Source: Myxococcota bacterium (GTDB lineage Bacteria > Myxococcota_A > Polyangia > Nannocystales > Nannocystaceae). Taken from it: DNA of 64,000 nucleotides. Under the pieces are notes generated by a model. That model did no database searches and was not told where the DNA came from. It saw only the letters and a list, made by a program, of their open reading frames with translations. Below are positions 26,204-35,816 of this stretch, in pieces. Positions within the stretch are counted from its first letter, which is position 1. Every line of letters begins with the position of its first letter. A program made the position numbers and the translations under genes. The stretch lies in the NCBI GenBank assembly GCA_039028615.1, contig JBCCHT010000015.1:160001-224000 (forward strand), read 5' to 3'.

Positions 26204-26264
26204 GGGCCTTTCGACACCGGAGGGTACACGAAGGTTGCACCTCGGCCGGCCGCGCGAATGTGCG

Positions 26265-26930
26265 TCAGGCCGTGGGTTCGAGGGCGGCGACGAGCTCGGC
26301 CCCGTCCTCGTCCTGCTCGTCCTCGGCCTCTTGTTGGGCGCGGGCGGCCTCGAGGGCGCGGACCGCCTGGTTGTGGTCGGCGATGAGGATCGAGCCGCCG
26401 AGGACATCGGTGACCCACATCAGCGCGAGCAGCAGAAACCGCCCCGCCCCGAGGGGCACCAGCATCACCACGAGCAGGGAGAAGAAGAACAACATCCCGG
26501 CACGACGGCTTCTGCCCGCGTGCAGATGGGTGACCCCGAATAGCGGGAGAAAGGGGATGAACAAGATCAGCGGGAGGATCCCCCAGGACTTGCGCTTGGT
26601 CTGAGCCGTCGGCTCGACGCCGTCGTTGGCGGCTACGGGCTCGGCGTTTCGGTACGGCGAACCGGGGGCCGGGTCTTCGCCTTCGCGCTCGGGCTGATCG
26701 AAGGGCCCCACGATGTCTTCCACGACTTCGCGGGCGAGCGCCAGCCCGGCCCGCGGCACGAACACGCGAGGAGGGATCATGGCGCCGTGCAGCGGGCCCA
26801 ACACGCCGTACGCATGTTCGCCGTGGATCTGGCAGGGCACGCCGCGCGCCTCGAGGGTGGCGCGGACCGTCTGCAACTCCGCGATGGAGTGACACTCGAC
26901 CAACAGGACCCAGTCGCGTTCCGACGCCAT
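26265..26930 (-). CDS. DUF2007-domain membrane protein
   Basis: N-terminal ELQTVRATLEARGVPC..RVFVP (DUF2007-like), followed by TM segments. Confidence 0.7.
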   Translation of the reverse strand: MASERDWVLLVECHSIAELQTVRATLEARGVPCQIHGEHAYGVLGPLHGAMIPPRVFVPRAGLALAREVVEDIVGPFDQPEREGEDPAPGSPYRNAEPVAANDGVEPTAQTKRKSWGILPLILFIPFLPLFGVTHLHAGRSRRAGMLFFFSLLVVMLVPLGAGRFLLLALMWVTDVLGGSILIADHNQAVRALEAARAQQEAEDEQDEDGAELVAALEPTA

Positions 26931-27175
26931 CGACCCGACTATAGTGATCGCCGACCGCAATCTCTGACACTCTCTCGCCGCAGCCGCCGTCGATTTCGAA
27001 CGGCAGGCCACGGGACCCGCTGGCACGGACTCGGGGAACGAACACCGTTGGTCCGCTACGCACCTCGGACTCGACGCGACGAGCCGAGCGCGCGTCGTTC
27101 CGCGGTATCGTTCGTGGCCGGGTCTGGTGAAGACCGGCCCGTCTACTGTCACAACCCGCTCCCATCGAGGACCCC

Positions 27176-28120
27176 ATGCCCGATCCGACCTCGAGTGCTC
27201 CCTCTCGAGACAAGGCCGTGTATCACGCCCACAAGCTGCGTCACGGCATCACTCACACCTTCCCCGACGGCGGCGTACCGGAGATGACCGTGCTGCTCGG
27301 ACCGCTGGCGACTCGGCCGGGGCAGGACGTCAACCTCTCGCTCGTCTATCCCGCCCTCGACGATCGACCCGCGCCCACGATCCGAGTTCGCTTCGTCACG
27401 AAGAAGCAGTTTCCCGAGATCATTCAGTGCGGACCAGATGCCCCCGCGGTCCCGGCTGGGTTTCACCAGTGGCCCACCGTGCCCGTCGAAGAGCGACAGG
27501 GCCGCGACGAGGTCGTGCTGGACGACGAAGCGCCCGGGCAGATGAAGGACAGCTGGCGCCGACGCATGCAGGTGCCGGAACAAGAGCCCATGCCCGAGGC
27601 GGTCGCGGTGGCCCAGCACGCGCTGCGCTTCGTCGCCGACGAGCGCGAAGGCGTCTACGTGATCGAGGTCGATTGCGGCGAGCAGCCCGAAGGGCCCTAC
27701 GAAGGAGCGCGGCACGTGCACTACGTCGACCACGTGTTCCTGTACAACCGGGCGCCCTCCAAGTTCCCCACGCCGGAGGTGGAGGACCTCGGCGAGCTGC
27801 TGCGCGATGCGGTCAACTTGTCGACCAAGCACGGCTACGTGTGGTTCGTGCATCCCATCTTCGTGGCCGAGCAGATGCTCAATGTCACCGTCGCGAAGGA
27901 GGTCCGCGAAGAGACCTGCTACTGCGAAGACCTGCCCGACGATCTCCCGGCATACGACGACCAGCTGCTCGGGCTCATCTACGGGCGGACGCTGGCCGGC
28001 ATGCAGCGGATCTGCCTCGACCTCGACGTCGAAGCGGACGAGTGCGTGGAGACGGACGCCATGGCGGTACAGGTCGACAACCCGGTCGAACTGACCAAGC
28101 TCTTCGAGGAGATGCGCTGA
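27176..28120 (+). CDS. Hypothetical acidic protein
   Basis: GAGGA SD before ATG; GC3 bias; coupled (TGATG) to the next gene; no family recognised. Confidence 0.75.
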   Translation: MPDPTSSAPSRDKAVYHAHKLRHGITHTFPDGGVPEMTVLLGPLATRPGQDVNLSLVYPALDDRPAPTIRVRFVTKKQFPEIIQCGPDAPAVPAGFHQWPTVPVEERQGRDEVVLDDEAPGQMKDSWRRRMQVPEQEPMPEAVAVAQHALRFVADEREGVYVIEVDCGEQPEGPYEGARHVHYVDHVFLYNRAPSKFPTPEVEDLGELLRDAVNLSTKHGYVWFVHPIFVAEQMLNVTVAKEVREETCYCEDLPDDLPAYDDQLLGLIYGRTLAGMQRICLDLDVEADECVETDAMAVQVDNPVELTKLFEEMR

Positions 28121-29565
28121 TGGCCTTCTCTCCCGGAACCTTCGACATCTTGGCCGAGGTGCATCCCGCGGCGCTCGACGTGGTGATCGACATCATCCTC
28201 GAGCAGCTGCGTGCCCAGGGCAAGACCACCTTCACCCAGACCATCGGCAGCAGCGGCACCGCAATTGGGGGCCAGGTCGACGTGGAACTCACCGACCTCA
28301 GCGTACCCGGCGTGCGCAGCCTCGATCTGGCCGATCGCTTCAAGCCGGGCAACACACTGGCGAGCTTCCGCGTCGATGCGCAGCTCCAGGTCACCGTGAC
28401 CGTCTTCGGCTTGACCAATACCCTGACCGAGAGCTTCTTCATCTCGCTGGTCGACCTGCAGTTCGGCATCTTCACCACGCCGGGCGGGCTGCCCGTGGGG
28501 GTCTCGCTCGGACTTCAGCAGATCGACATCGACGCCGGAGGGCTCCAGACGCTGCGGGCCCTCAACCCTGCGCTCGACGTGTTGGCCGACTTCATCGCGC
28601 TCGGTGTGCGGACCCTGCTGTCGCCGCTGGGGCTGGTGCCGATTCCGATCCTGCAGTTCGCGGATGCGTTCGTGCAGCTGGGGCTCTCGTTCGAGCCTCC
28701 CTCGCCGCACCTGGGCACCAACCAGGCCGGGGATGCGCTGGCCATCGCGGCGGACTTCAAGGCGGCGGGCAACAGCAGCGACATCGCCGTCGTCACCGAC
28801 ATCATCCCCGCGGGGAGCCCCTTCAACGTGGCCACCGTGCTGGCGGATCGCCCCATCAACCAGCTTCTGCCCTCGCTGCTGGCCAGCAACCAGCTGCCCC
28901 GCAGCATTCCCACCTCGGGGGCGAACTTCTCGGTGCGGTCCACCAACGTCGCGTTCCTCGATCCCGGGGCGCGGGCGAGCCGGATTCAGGTCGACGCTCA
29001 CGCCTCGGCTCGCATCAAGGTGCGCAAGGGCGGGTTCTTCGGCAGCCTCTTCGGCAAGAAGAAGAAGGTCACCATCCACGCCTACGCCCGGATGACGCTC
29101 GATGCCAGCGTGGTCGATGATCCCGCCACCCAGCTGGCGGTGGTCGATTTTGCCTTCGAGGCGACCTTGCAGGCACGGGCGACGATTCAGAGCGTCCTGG
29201 TGGGCACGCTGACCGTGCTGCTGGCGCCCTTCATCGTGCCGTTTTTCATGCTCCTCAGTCAGGTCATCAACTTCGCCGCCGACCAGCTGTTGCCGCTGAG
29301 CTTCGACTTCAAGGTCAGCGGCTCGGATCTCGAGGTGCGCTTGACCAAGCTCCAGACGAACCTGCGGCTGGCCTCGGCCGGCTTCACCGAGGCGACGGTG
29401 GCGATGCGGCTCGATGCTCGCGGTGATGGTCGATTTGCCCTCGACCACTTCACGCGCCATCAGATCCAGCAGACGGGCATCCCGCTGAAGGTCGGGTACG
29501 AGCCGACCTCGCTGGCCTCTCGGGCGGGCGAGCTGTTCTTGGGCGTGGAGCTGGCCAAGCGCTGA
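28120..29565 (+). CDS. Hypothetical protein, possible BPI/LBP (TULIP) fold
   Basis: TGATG overlap; beta-strand-rich with long helices; two related halves starting FDILAEVHPAALDVVI and FNVATVLADRPINQLL. Confidence 0.6.
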   Translation: MAFSPGTFDILAEVHPAALDVVIDIILEQLRAQGKTTFTQTIGSSGTAIGGQVDVELTDLSVPGVRSLDLADRFKPGNTLASFRVDAQLQVTVTVFGLTNTLTESFFISLVDLQFGIFTTPGGLPVGVSLGLQQIDIDAGGLQTLRALNPALDVLADFIALGVRTLLSPLGLVPIPILQFADAFVQLGLSFEPPSPHLGTNQAGDALAIAADFKAAGNSSDIAVVTDIIPAGSPFNVATVLADRPINQLLPSLLASNQLPRSIPTSGANFSVRSTNVAFLDPGARASRIQVDAHASARIKVRKGGFFGSLFGKKKKVTIHAYARMTLDASVVDDPATQLAVVDFAFEATLQARATIQSVLVGTLTVLLAPFIVPFFMLLSQVINFAADQLLPLSFDFKVSGSDLEVRLTKLQTNLRLASAGFTEATVAMRLDARGDGRFALDHFTRHQIQQTGIPLKVGYEPTSLASRAGELFLGVELAKR

Positions 29566-29632
29566 GCGAGGTGGGGCGTCGGGTCGTCGCGAGGCGATGG
29601 ACCCGGCGCCGCGCATGCGCCAGACTGCCGCC

Positions 29633-30082
29633 ATGCCGTCCGCATTCGAGCCCCGCGATCCCGACTGGGAGGGCAAGGTCCGCCGCAGCTTCGAACGCCA
29701 GGGGGTGATGGGCTTGTTCGGCGCGCGCTTGGCCGCGGTTCGACCAGGCAACGTACAGATCGAGGTTCCGTTCGCGCAGAAGCTGTCGCAGCAGCACGGC
29801 TTCTTTCACGCGGGGATCACCTCGACCATCGCCGACTCCGCCTGCGGCTACTCGGCGTTCTCGTTGTTTCCGCCGGCGACCATGGTGCTGACGACGGAGT
29901 TCAAGATCAACCAGCTGGCTCCTGCCGACGGGGAGCGGCTGTTGGCGGTGGGCTCGGTGATCAAGCCGGGGCGGACGCTGACCGTGGTGGAGGCGGAGGT
30001 CTTCGTCGACAAGGGGGAGCGGCGGACGCTGTGCGCGAAGATGTTGGCCAGTGTCATCTGCCGCGAAGGGCAGGACGGGTAG
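29633..30082 (+). CDS. PaaI family (hotdog) thioesterase
   Basis: QQHGFFHAGITSTIADSACG, TTEFKIN, GRTLTVVEAEV. Confidence 0.9.
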   Translation: MPSAFEPRDPDWEGKVRRSFERQGVMGLFGARLAAVRPGNVQIEVPFAQKLSQQHGFFHAGITSTIADSACGYSAFSLFPPATMVLTTEFKINQLAPADGERLLAVGSVIKPGRTLTVVEAEVFVDKGERRTLCAKMLASVICREGQDG

Positions 30083-30095
30083 GGCAGGCGGCGGC

Positions 30096-31187
30096 TCAAA
30101 GCGACATCATGTAGTCGTACATGTCGCGGCGGCCTTCGGCCCATAGCCCGTGCCGTAGCTCGGGAATGCGGCAGTAGGCCACCTCGCCGCCGTCGACGCA
30201 TCCCGTGTATCGCAAGCAGGGCTCGGGATCGCGGGCCTCGGTTTGGTCGCTACAGCCCTGGCGTACCCGATAGCCCTCCCGCGTCGCTTCTTCGTCGGCA
30301 TGACGGGTGGTGTCGTCTTCACCCATCACGCTCAGCACCATCACCTCACCCGCGCAGGTCTGAGCGGCGGCTCCGTTGTACGGATCGCAAAGCCCGGTGC
30401 CGTACGAGAAGCAGCGGCCTCCGTTGGGCACGATGGCTCGAATGCGGTCACCCCGGACGCAGCCGAGGTGAAACGCCATCTGCCCGCCGTTGCTGTTGCC
30501 GATGACGAAGACCCGGTTGAGGTCGATGCAGTAGTCCGCCGCGATCCGGTCGAGCACCTGGTCGAACACCGTGACGCTGTCGTCGAAGCTGAAGGGCACG
30601 AAGTGATTCTCGGGCCAGTTGGGATGCCCCCAGCCCTGGGGCGCGACGTTGATCGAGACTCCGCCGTCGTCTTCGCTGAACACGTCGAGCCGAAACTGGT
30701 TGGTGTTCGCCGTACCGCCGACCCCGTGGTAGCTGAAGATCAACGCATGCGGATGCTCGGTATCGTAGGGCTCGGGCACGAACATGTCGTAGGAACGCTC
30801 GACGCCGCCGACGGTGGTCGTCTCTCCCGCAATCGCCCCGGTGGCGGGGGCTCGCAGACCACAGCCCGCACTCGGCCGGACGGGCGGCGGACCTCCGCCT
30901 CCGGTCGAACCCGTCTCGTCCTCGGAATCTCCGCTCGTGCTCGTCGTGGAAGGACTGTCGTCGTCGGAGCCGGTCTCGGTTTCGTCGGCCGAGCCCGTCG
31001 TCGTGGGCATCGGGGCCTCGGCCGTCGAGGCATCGCCGTCGTTCGGCGATGCCAGGCCCGTGCTCGTGCCGCTGCCTCGGCCGGGGTCGAGCGACCCGTC
31101 GTCTCCACACCCCAAGGGCAGGCACAGCACCCCCGCCGCGACCCCACGCGTCCAACGATCCAACCGCATCGACCCCAAGCCTGACAC
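30096..31187 (-). CDS. LpqC/PHB-depolymerase/feruloyl-esterase-like lipoprotein
   Basis: VERSY..PEPYD..HGVGG, YCIDLNRVFVIGNSNGG, RHGLW; lipobox PLG-C; exact start uncertain. Confidence 0.82.
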   Translation of the reverse strand: MSGLGSMRLDRWTRGVAAGVLCLPLGCGDDGSLDPGRGSGTSTGLASPNDGDASTAEAPMPTTTGSADETETGSDDDSPSTTSTSGDSEDETGSTGGGGPPPVRPSAGCGLRAPATGAIAGETTTVGGVERSYDMFVPEPYDTEHPHALIFSYHGVGGTANTNQFRLDVFSEDDGGVSINVAPQGWGHPNWPENHFVPFSFDDSVTVFDQVLDRIAADYCIDLNRVFVIGNSNGGQMAFHLGCVRGDRIRAIVPNGGRCFSYGTGLCDPYNGAAAQTCAGEVMVLSVMGEDDTTRHADEEATREGYRVRQGCSDQTEARDPEPCLRYTGCVDGGEVAYCRIPELRHGLWAEGRRDMYDYMMSL

Positions 31188-31295
31188 GGGAATTCGGCTC
31201 GCGCCGGTCTCACCGCGCGGTGTTTTTGCGAGGAGTTTTGCTCGCTGATCGCGGCGTAGTGGTCCTGGGTGGCGATACAGACGATGACCGCCCGA

Positions 31296-33860
31296 TCACC
31301 ACGAGCACGCTTGCGCCTGTCCCATCGCGCACAGGTCTGCCATCGCGTCGCGGATCTGCTGCAGGCGTGGATGTTCGTCGCCCAGGCTCGCTCGAAACGC
31401 GACCGCGGCCTCGTTCATTCGGGTGAACGCGGGCTCGTAGTGTCCCTGCGCCAACAATGCCCGACCGATGTCGAAGGTCGTCTGGGCGGTCTCGTGATGC
31501 TGCGGCCCGAGCAGGGCTCGCTGCACCCGGGCCGCCTGCTCGAAGTGGCGTAGTGCGGTCGTGGGCTCTCCGCGTTGCAGCTGCGCCCGACCGATGTCGT
31601 CGAGGATTCGCGCCGCCACGCGATGGTGTCCGCCCACGCTCTTGTCGAGGATGTCGTAGCCCGATTGGAAGTAGCGCAGCGCCTCGTCCAGCTCGCCGCG
31701 GGCCAAGTGTACGCGGCCGATGCTGCTGTGACTGCGCGCGACGTCGGGGTGCCCCGGCCCGAGGCTCTCGCTGCGCACCCGGAGCGCCCGGCGGTGCCAT
31801 CGCGTCGCGTCATCGACTTCCTGCCGCCACAGCGCGAGGTTCCCCAGGTTCGCGTAGCTATGCGCGGCCTCGGGGTGGTCGTCGCTCAAGACCTTCTGCC
31901 GCAGCCCCAGCGCGCGGTGGTGCCACAGCTCGGATGACTCATAGTCGCCGTCGACCTCGTGCACGAGCGCCACGTTGTTGGCCCACTGCGCGGCATCGAG
32001 TCCGTCCATTCGCCCCAAGCGCTCGAGCAACCCCTCCGCCACGTCGGCCCACTGGAGCGCCTCGTCGATGCGCGTGAGGTGATAGCCCTGCACCCGCAGC
32101 AACATCGTGGCCGCTCGTGCGGCCAGCGGATCGCTGCCGGACGCGAGCGCGAGCTTGAACGCGGTGCGCAGCTGCTCGAGGACCTCGGCGTAGCGACCGA
32201 GCTCGCTGTGGGCATCGGCGACCGCGATCCGAGCCTCGGCCTCGAGCGGCGGCCACTCGAGCGTCATGGCCGTCGAGACCGCCTGCTGGGCCAGCGCGCC
32301 GCCGCCCCAGTAGTCGCCCGCGTCTCGCAGCGCGGACGACCGCGCGAGCTGCTCGCGAACCTTGCTCAGCCGTGGGTCCTGGTGCAGTCGCTCGGGGATC
32401 ACCGGTCGTTGCGCCATCGCTCGCTCGTCGGCGCAGGACTCGAGCTGGCTGAAGTTCGCGGCCGCCTTGGCGGCCCCCGCCACCATGTCGACGTTGGCAT
32501 CGCCAAAGACCTCGAGCATGACCGCCAGCTGCTCGCGTTGCTCGTCGAAGCAGGTGGTCGCCATCTGAAGCTTGGCGGGCTCCAGCCCTTCGTCCCTGCG
32601 CGCCTGCAGGCAAAGCTGGGTGCGGTCGCGGGCCCAGCGAGCCGTCCAGGGATCGAGCCAGGCCGACATGCGCTCGTGGCTGGCCTCGGCGAAGCTCGAG
32701 CCGGTCTCCATGAATGCGTGCCGAAGTCGGGCCCGCGCATCGTCGTTCCAGACCTCGTCGATCTCCTGCCCTTCGGTGTTGCACTGATCGACGATGCGGT
32801 CGGCCCGTTGATGGGCGAGGGTGGTGCTGGTGAAGGTGGTGAGCAGGGCGAGGCCCGCAGCCACGCCGGCCGCGATGAACACCCGTCGCCGTCGCCATGG
32901 GTCGCGGGACAGACGGTTGAGCAGCTCGTCCATGCTGCCGAAGCGCTTGCTCGGCTCGACCGCCAGTCCGCGGAGCAGCAGGGCCCGGACCCACCGCGGC
33001 ACGTCGCTCGAGCGGGGCTCGGGGCGAAGCTCGCCGGCCAGGATCGCGGCTGCGAGCTCGGCCGCGTTGTCGCCCGGGAAGGGGCACTCGCCGTAGAGCG
33101 CCTCGTGCAGCGTCACGCAGAAGCTGAATTGATCGGAGCGGGCATCGGCCGGGCACCCGCTGAGCTGCTCGGGCGCCATGTAGGCGGGCGTACCGAGCAG
33201 CGCCCCGGCCTTGGTCAGGCCATCGAACGGCGTGGTCTCGAGAAATCCGTCGGGAGCAGGCGACACGAACGCGGGCTCGAGGTCGTCATGGCCGCCCGCG
33301 CGCACGAGCCCGAAGTCCAGCACGACCACGCGGCCGTCGCGACGGATCATCACGTTGTCGGGCTTGAAGTCGCGATGCACCAGCCCGTGATCGTGCGCGG
33401 CCGCGAGCCCTCGACCCGCTTCGATCACCACGCCCAGGATGTCTCGCCAGCTTCGCTCCCGTTGCAGCGTCCACAGGCGCAGCGAGTCGCCATCGATGAA
33501 CTCCATGGCCATGAACACCTGGTGGTCCACGGTGCCCACGTCGTGCACGGTGACCACGTTGGGGTGCGACAACCGAGCCATGGCCTGCGCTTCGCGAAGC
33601 AGCCGGGCGGGCCCCGATTCGCCCGCCAGCGGCCGCACGAGCTTGATTGCGAGCTTGCGGTCGAGCTGCGGATCGTAGGCCGCATACACCATGCCCATGC
33701 CGCCCATGCCCAGCGGCTCGAGCAGCAAGTAGCGACCCAGGCTGCCCGATCGCACCAGCGACGAGGGTGTCCGACGACGAGGCGCGGGCGCCTCCCCGGC
33801 GGCGCACGAATCCCCGGGCAGGGTTTCGGCTCCGCTATCCACGCTCGCGCACTGTAACAC
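31296..33860 (-). CDS. Hanks-type Ser/Thr protein kinase with TM segment and TPR repeats
   Basis: LGMGGMGMVY, AIK, HRDFKPDN, DFG, GTPAYMAPEQ; C-terminal TPR repeats (HPEAAHSYANLG, HPDVARS). Confidence 0.95.
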   Translation of the reverse strand: MLQCASVDSGAETLPGDSCAAGEAPAPRRRTPSSLVRSGSLGRYLLLEPLGMGGMGMVYAAYDPQLDRKLAIKLVRPLAGESGPARLLREAQAMARLSHPNVVTVHDVGTVDHQVFMAMEFIDGDSLRLWTLQRERSWRDILGVVIEAGRGLAAAHDHGLVHRDFKPDNVMIRRDGRVVVLDFGLVRAGGHDDLEPAFVSPAPDGFLETTPFDGLTKAGALLGTPAYMAPEQLSGCPADARSDQFSFCVTLHEALYGECPFPGDNAAELAAAILAGELRPEPRSSDVPRWVRALLLRGLAVEPSKRFGSMDELLNRLSRDPWRRRRVFIAAGVAAGLALLTTFTSTTLAHQRADRIVDQCNTEGQEIDEVWNDDARARLRHAFMETGSSFAEASHERMSAWLDPWTARWARDRTQLCLQARRDEGLEPAKLQMATTCFDEQREQLAVMLEVFGDANVDMVAGAAKAAANFSQLESCADERAMAQRPVIPERLHQDPRLSKVREQLARSSALRDAGDYWGGGALAQQAVSTAMTLEWPPLEAEARIAVADAHSELGRYAEVLEQLRTAFKLALASGSDPLAARAATMLLRVQGYHLTRIDEALQWADVAEGLLERLGRMDGLDAAQWANNVALVHEVDGDYESSELWHHRALGLRQKVLSDDHPEAAHSYANLGNLALWRQEVDDATRWHRRALRVRSESLGPGHPDVARSHSSIGRVHLARGELDEALRYFQSGYDILDKSVGGHHRVAARILDDIGRAQLQRGEPTTALRHFEQAARVQRALLGPQHHETAQTTFDIGRALLAQGHYEPAFTRMNEAAVAFRASLGDEHPRLQQIRDAMADLCAMGQAQACSW

Positions 33861-34257
33861 TTCGACCTCGTCGCTCGCGGCGAGGGTGGGGCGCTTTCGC
33901 TCCGTGCACAGACGTCGACGCGACGACCGCCGACGCCGTCACCGCCGAGCGCCAACACGAACACCAACATGGTCATCGTCGATGCGTTCACTCGGTTCGT
34001 GGGTGTCACGTTCCGGTCGGGCCTCGGGTGCAGACCACGGAGTGGATCCGGCTGTCACTTCGAGCGGTCGTGGTTGGAGTTCGCGGCATGCATCGAGCGA
34101 GCGGGGGTGATCCCAAACTCGCCCGATTCGGGCCCCCGTCGGTGAATGGCGGCCGCTGTTCCCCGCCTGGCTGCGTATCGACCGGGGTGGATCGCAGCGG
34201 TGATATGATCGATCGCGGCGGTTCGCCCCTTCTCGAGCTTGGATTGGAGCCTGAACG

Positions 34258-35619
34258 ATGAAACTAGCCCCGACGTCTCTTCCCGTGTTGATGGCTGCGG
34301 CCACGCTCGTCGCCTGCGGACCGAGCACCGCCGAGACCGAGCCCGGTCGCGAGACGGGCTCGTGCATCGAGGACGAGTGCCTCGGTGACCTGGTGTGCGT
34401 GGCGGACATGTGTGTCGATCCCAATGCTGGTGCCACGGACACGGGGACGCCGAGCGTGGACGACTCCGGCACGGGCTCGGGTACGGTTCCCGGGTCCGAC
34501 GAGACCCAGGGCGAGCCAGAGACGCTCGACTCGGTGAGCCTGCTGGTCGTGCTCGACAACTCGGGCACCATGGGGGAAGAGCAGGGCACGCTGAGCTTCT
34601 CGATGCGGGCGGTTCCCGCCGCGCTCGATGCCCTGGGCGTCAACTGGCGCATGGGCATCACCACCACCGACAACGGCAACCCCTGGTGTCAGGGCACGGG
34701 GCCCGAGGGCGGGGCGCTGCGGCTCACCTCCTGCCGTTCGCGGCCGGCGGAGTTCGTGTTCAACGGAGCCATGGACATCGATGCGTTCGAGATCTGCGAG
34801 GTGCCCTGTCCGCCCGAGTGGGAGACGATCGAGATCGAGCCCAGCGGGATCTTCGACGACCCGACGCCCGCCGTGCGGCCGTGGGTGGAGAGCATGGGCG
34901 GACAGACCAACCTCCCCGAGGGCCTGTTCTACGAGGACGCGGTCGAGTGCCTGCTGCCCCAGGGCATCAACGGGTGCGGCTTCGAGTCACCGCTGGAGTC
35001 GATGCGAAGTGCCATCCGGCGGGCGCAGACCCCCGGCGACCCCAACTACGGCTTCTTGCCGCCGGGTTCCTTGCTCGTGGTGTTGATCGTGACCGACGAG
35101 GTGGACTGCTCGTACAACCCCTCCCACGAGACGATTTTCCTGCCGGAGGGCGAGCGGGTGTTCTGGTCTGATCCCGACGCCGCGGCCCCGACCTCGGCGG
35201 TGTGCTGGAACGCCGGGGTGGCGTGCGACGGCGCCGACTGTCGCCCCGAGAATTTCGATCCCAGCGGCGGCGTGGTGGATCCGGCCACCGCGGAGAACGA
35301 CGCGGTCTTGTACCCGCTGACGCGCTACAGCAACGAGCTGGCCGCGCTGGACGACGCGGTGATGGTCACCATCAACGGCATCCAGCCGGGGGGCACCGTG
35401 CAGTACGAGCCGGGCACCGACCAGGATTTCCTGCGGAATTTCGGCATCGGGGCGGGCTGCACGAGCAGCGCCGGGCCGGCGGTACCGCCCGTCCGCATTC
35501 GCCAGCTGGCCGCCACGGTCAACGGCGATGTCGCGTCGAACCAGGTCTCGATCTGCCAGGCGGAGTACGACGACGCGGTGGAGGCCATCGTGGCCGCCGT
35601 GCAACAGCGCTTCCCCTGA
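34258..35619 (+). CDS. vWA-domain Cys-rich lipoprotein (paralog 1)
   Basis: LVA-C lipobox, VLDNSGTM, GITTTD, GCGFESPLE, VTDEVDCS. Confidence 0.85.
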   Translation: MKLAPTSLPVLMAAATLVACGPSTAETEPGRETGSCIEDECLGDLVCVADMCVDPNAGATDTGTPSVDDSGTGSGTVPGSDETQGEPETLDSVSLLVVLDNSGTMGEEQGTLSFSMRAVPAALDALGVNWRMGITTTDNGNPWCQGTGPEGGALRLTSCRSRPAEFVFNGAMDIDAFEICEVPCPPEWETIEIEPSGIFDDPTPAVRPWVESMGGQTNLPEGLFYEDAVECLLPQGINGCGFESPLESMRSAIRRAQTPGDPNYGFLPPGSLLVVLIVTDEVDCSYNPSHETIFLPEGERVFWSDPDAAAPTSAVCWNAGVACDGADCRPENFDPSGGVVDPATAENDAVLYPLTRYSNELAALDDAVMVTINGIQPGGTVQYEPGTDQDFLRNFGIGAGCTSSAGPAVPPVRIRQLAATVNGDVASNQVSICQAEYDDAVEAIVAAVQQRFP

Positions 35620-35816
35620 GCCCGGGTCGCAGCACGGAGGCCGCCATCGTGCCCGCCGAGGCTCGATGGCGTGTGTGCTGCACCCCACAGGTCAGTCTTA
35701 AAACACGAATCTTAAAATCCTGAATGGGCGGGACCGTTCGGTCGACGGTCCCGAGGGCGGGTGCTACTCGTGACACCGAGGGAGACGGCCGTACCGTCGC
35801 CCAGAGTCGAGTATCC

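Noticed and set aside
33861..34257. ~400-bp intergenic region as a possible ncRNA or small gene
   Set aside because: No recognisable RNA motif or convincing ORF; likely divergent promoters.
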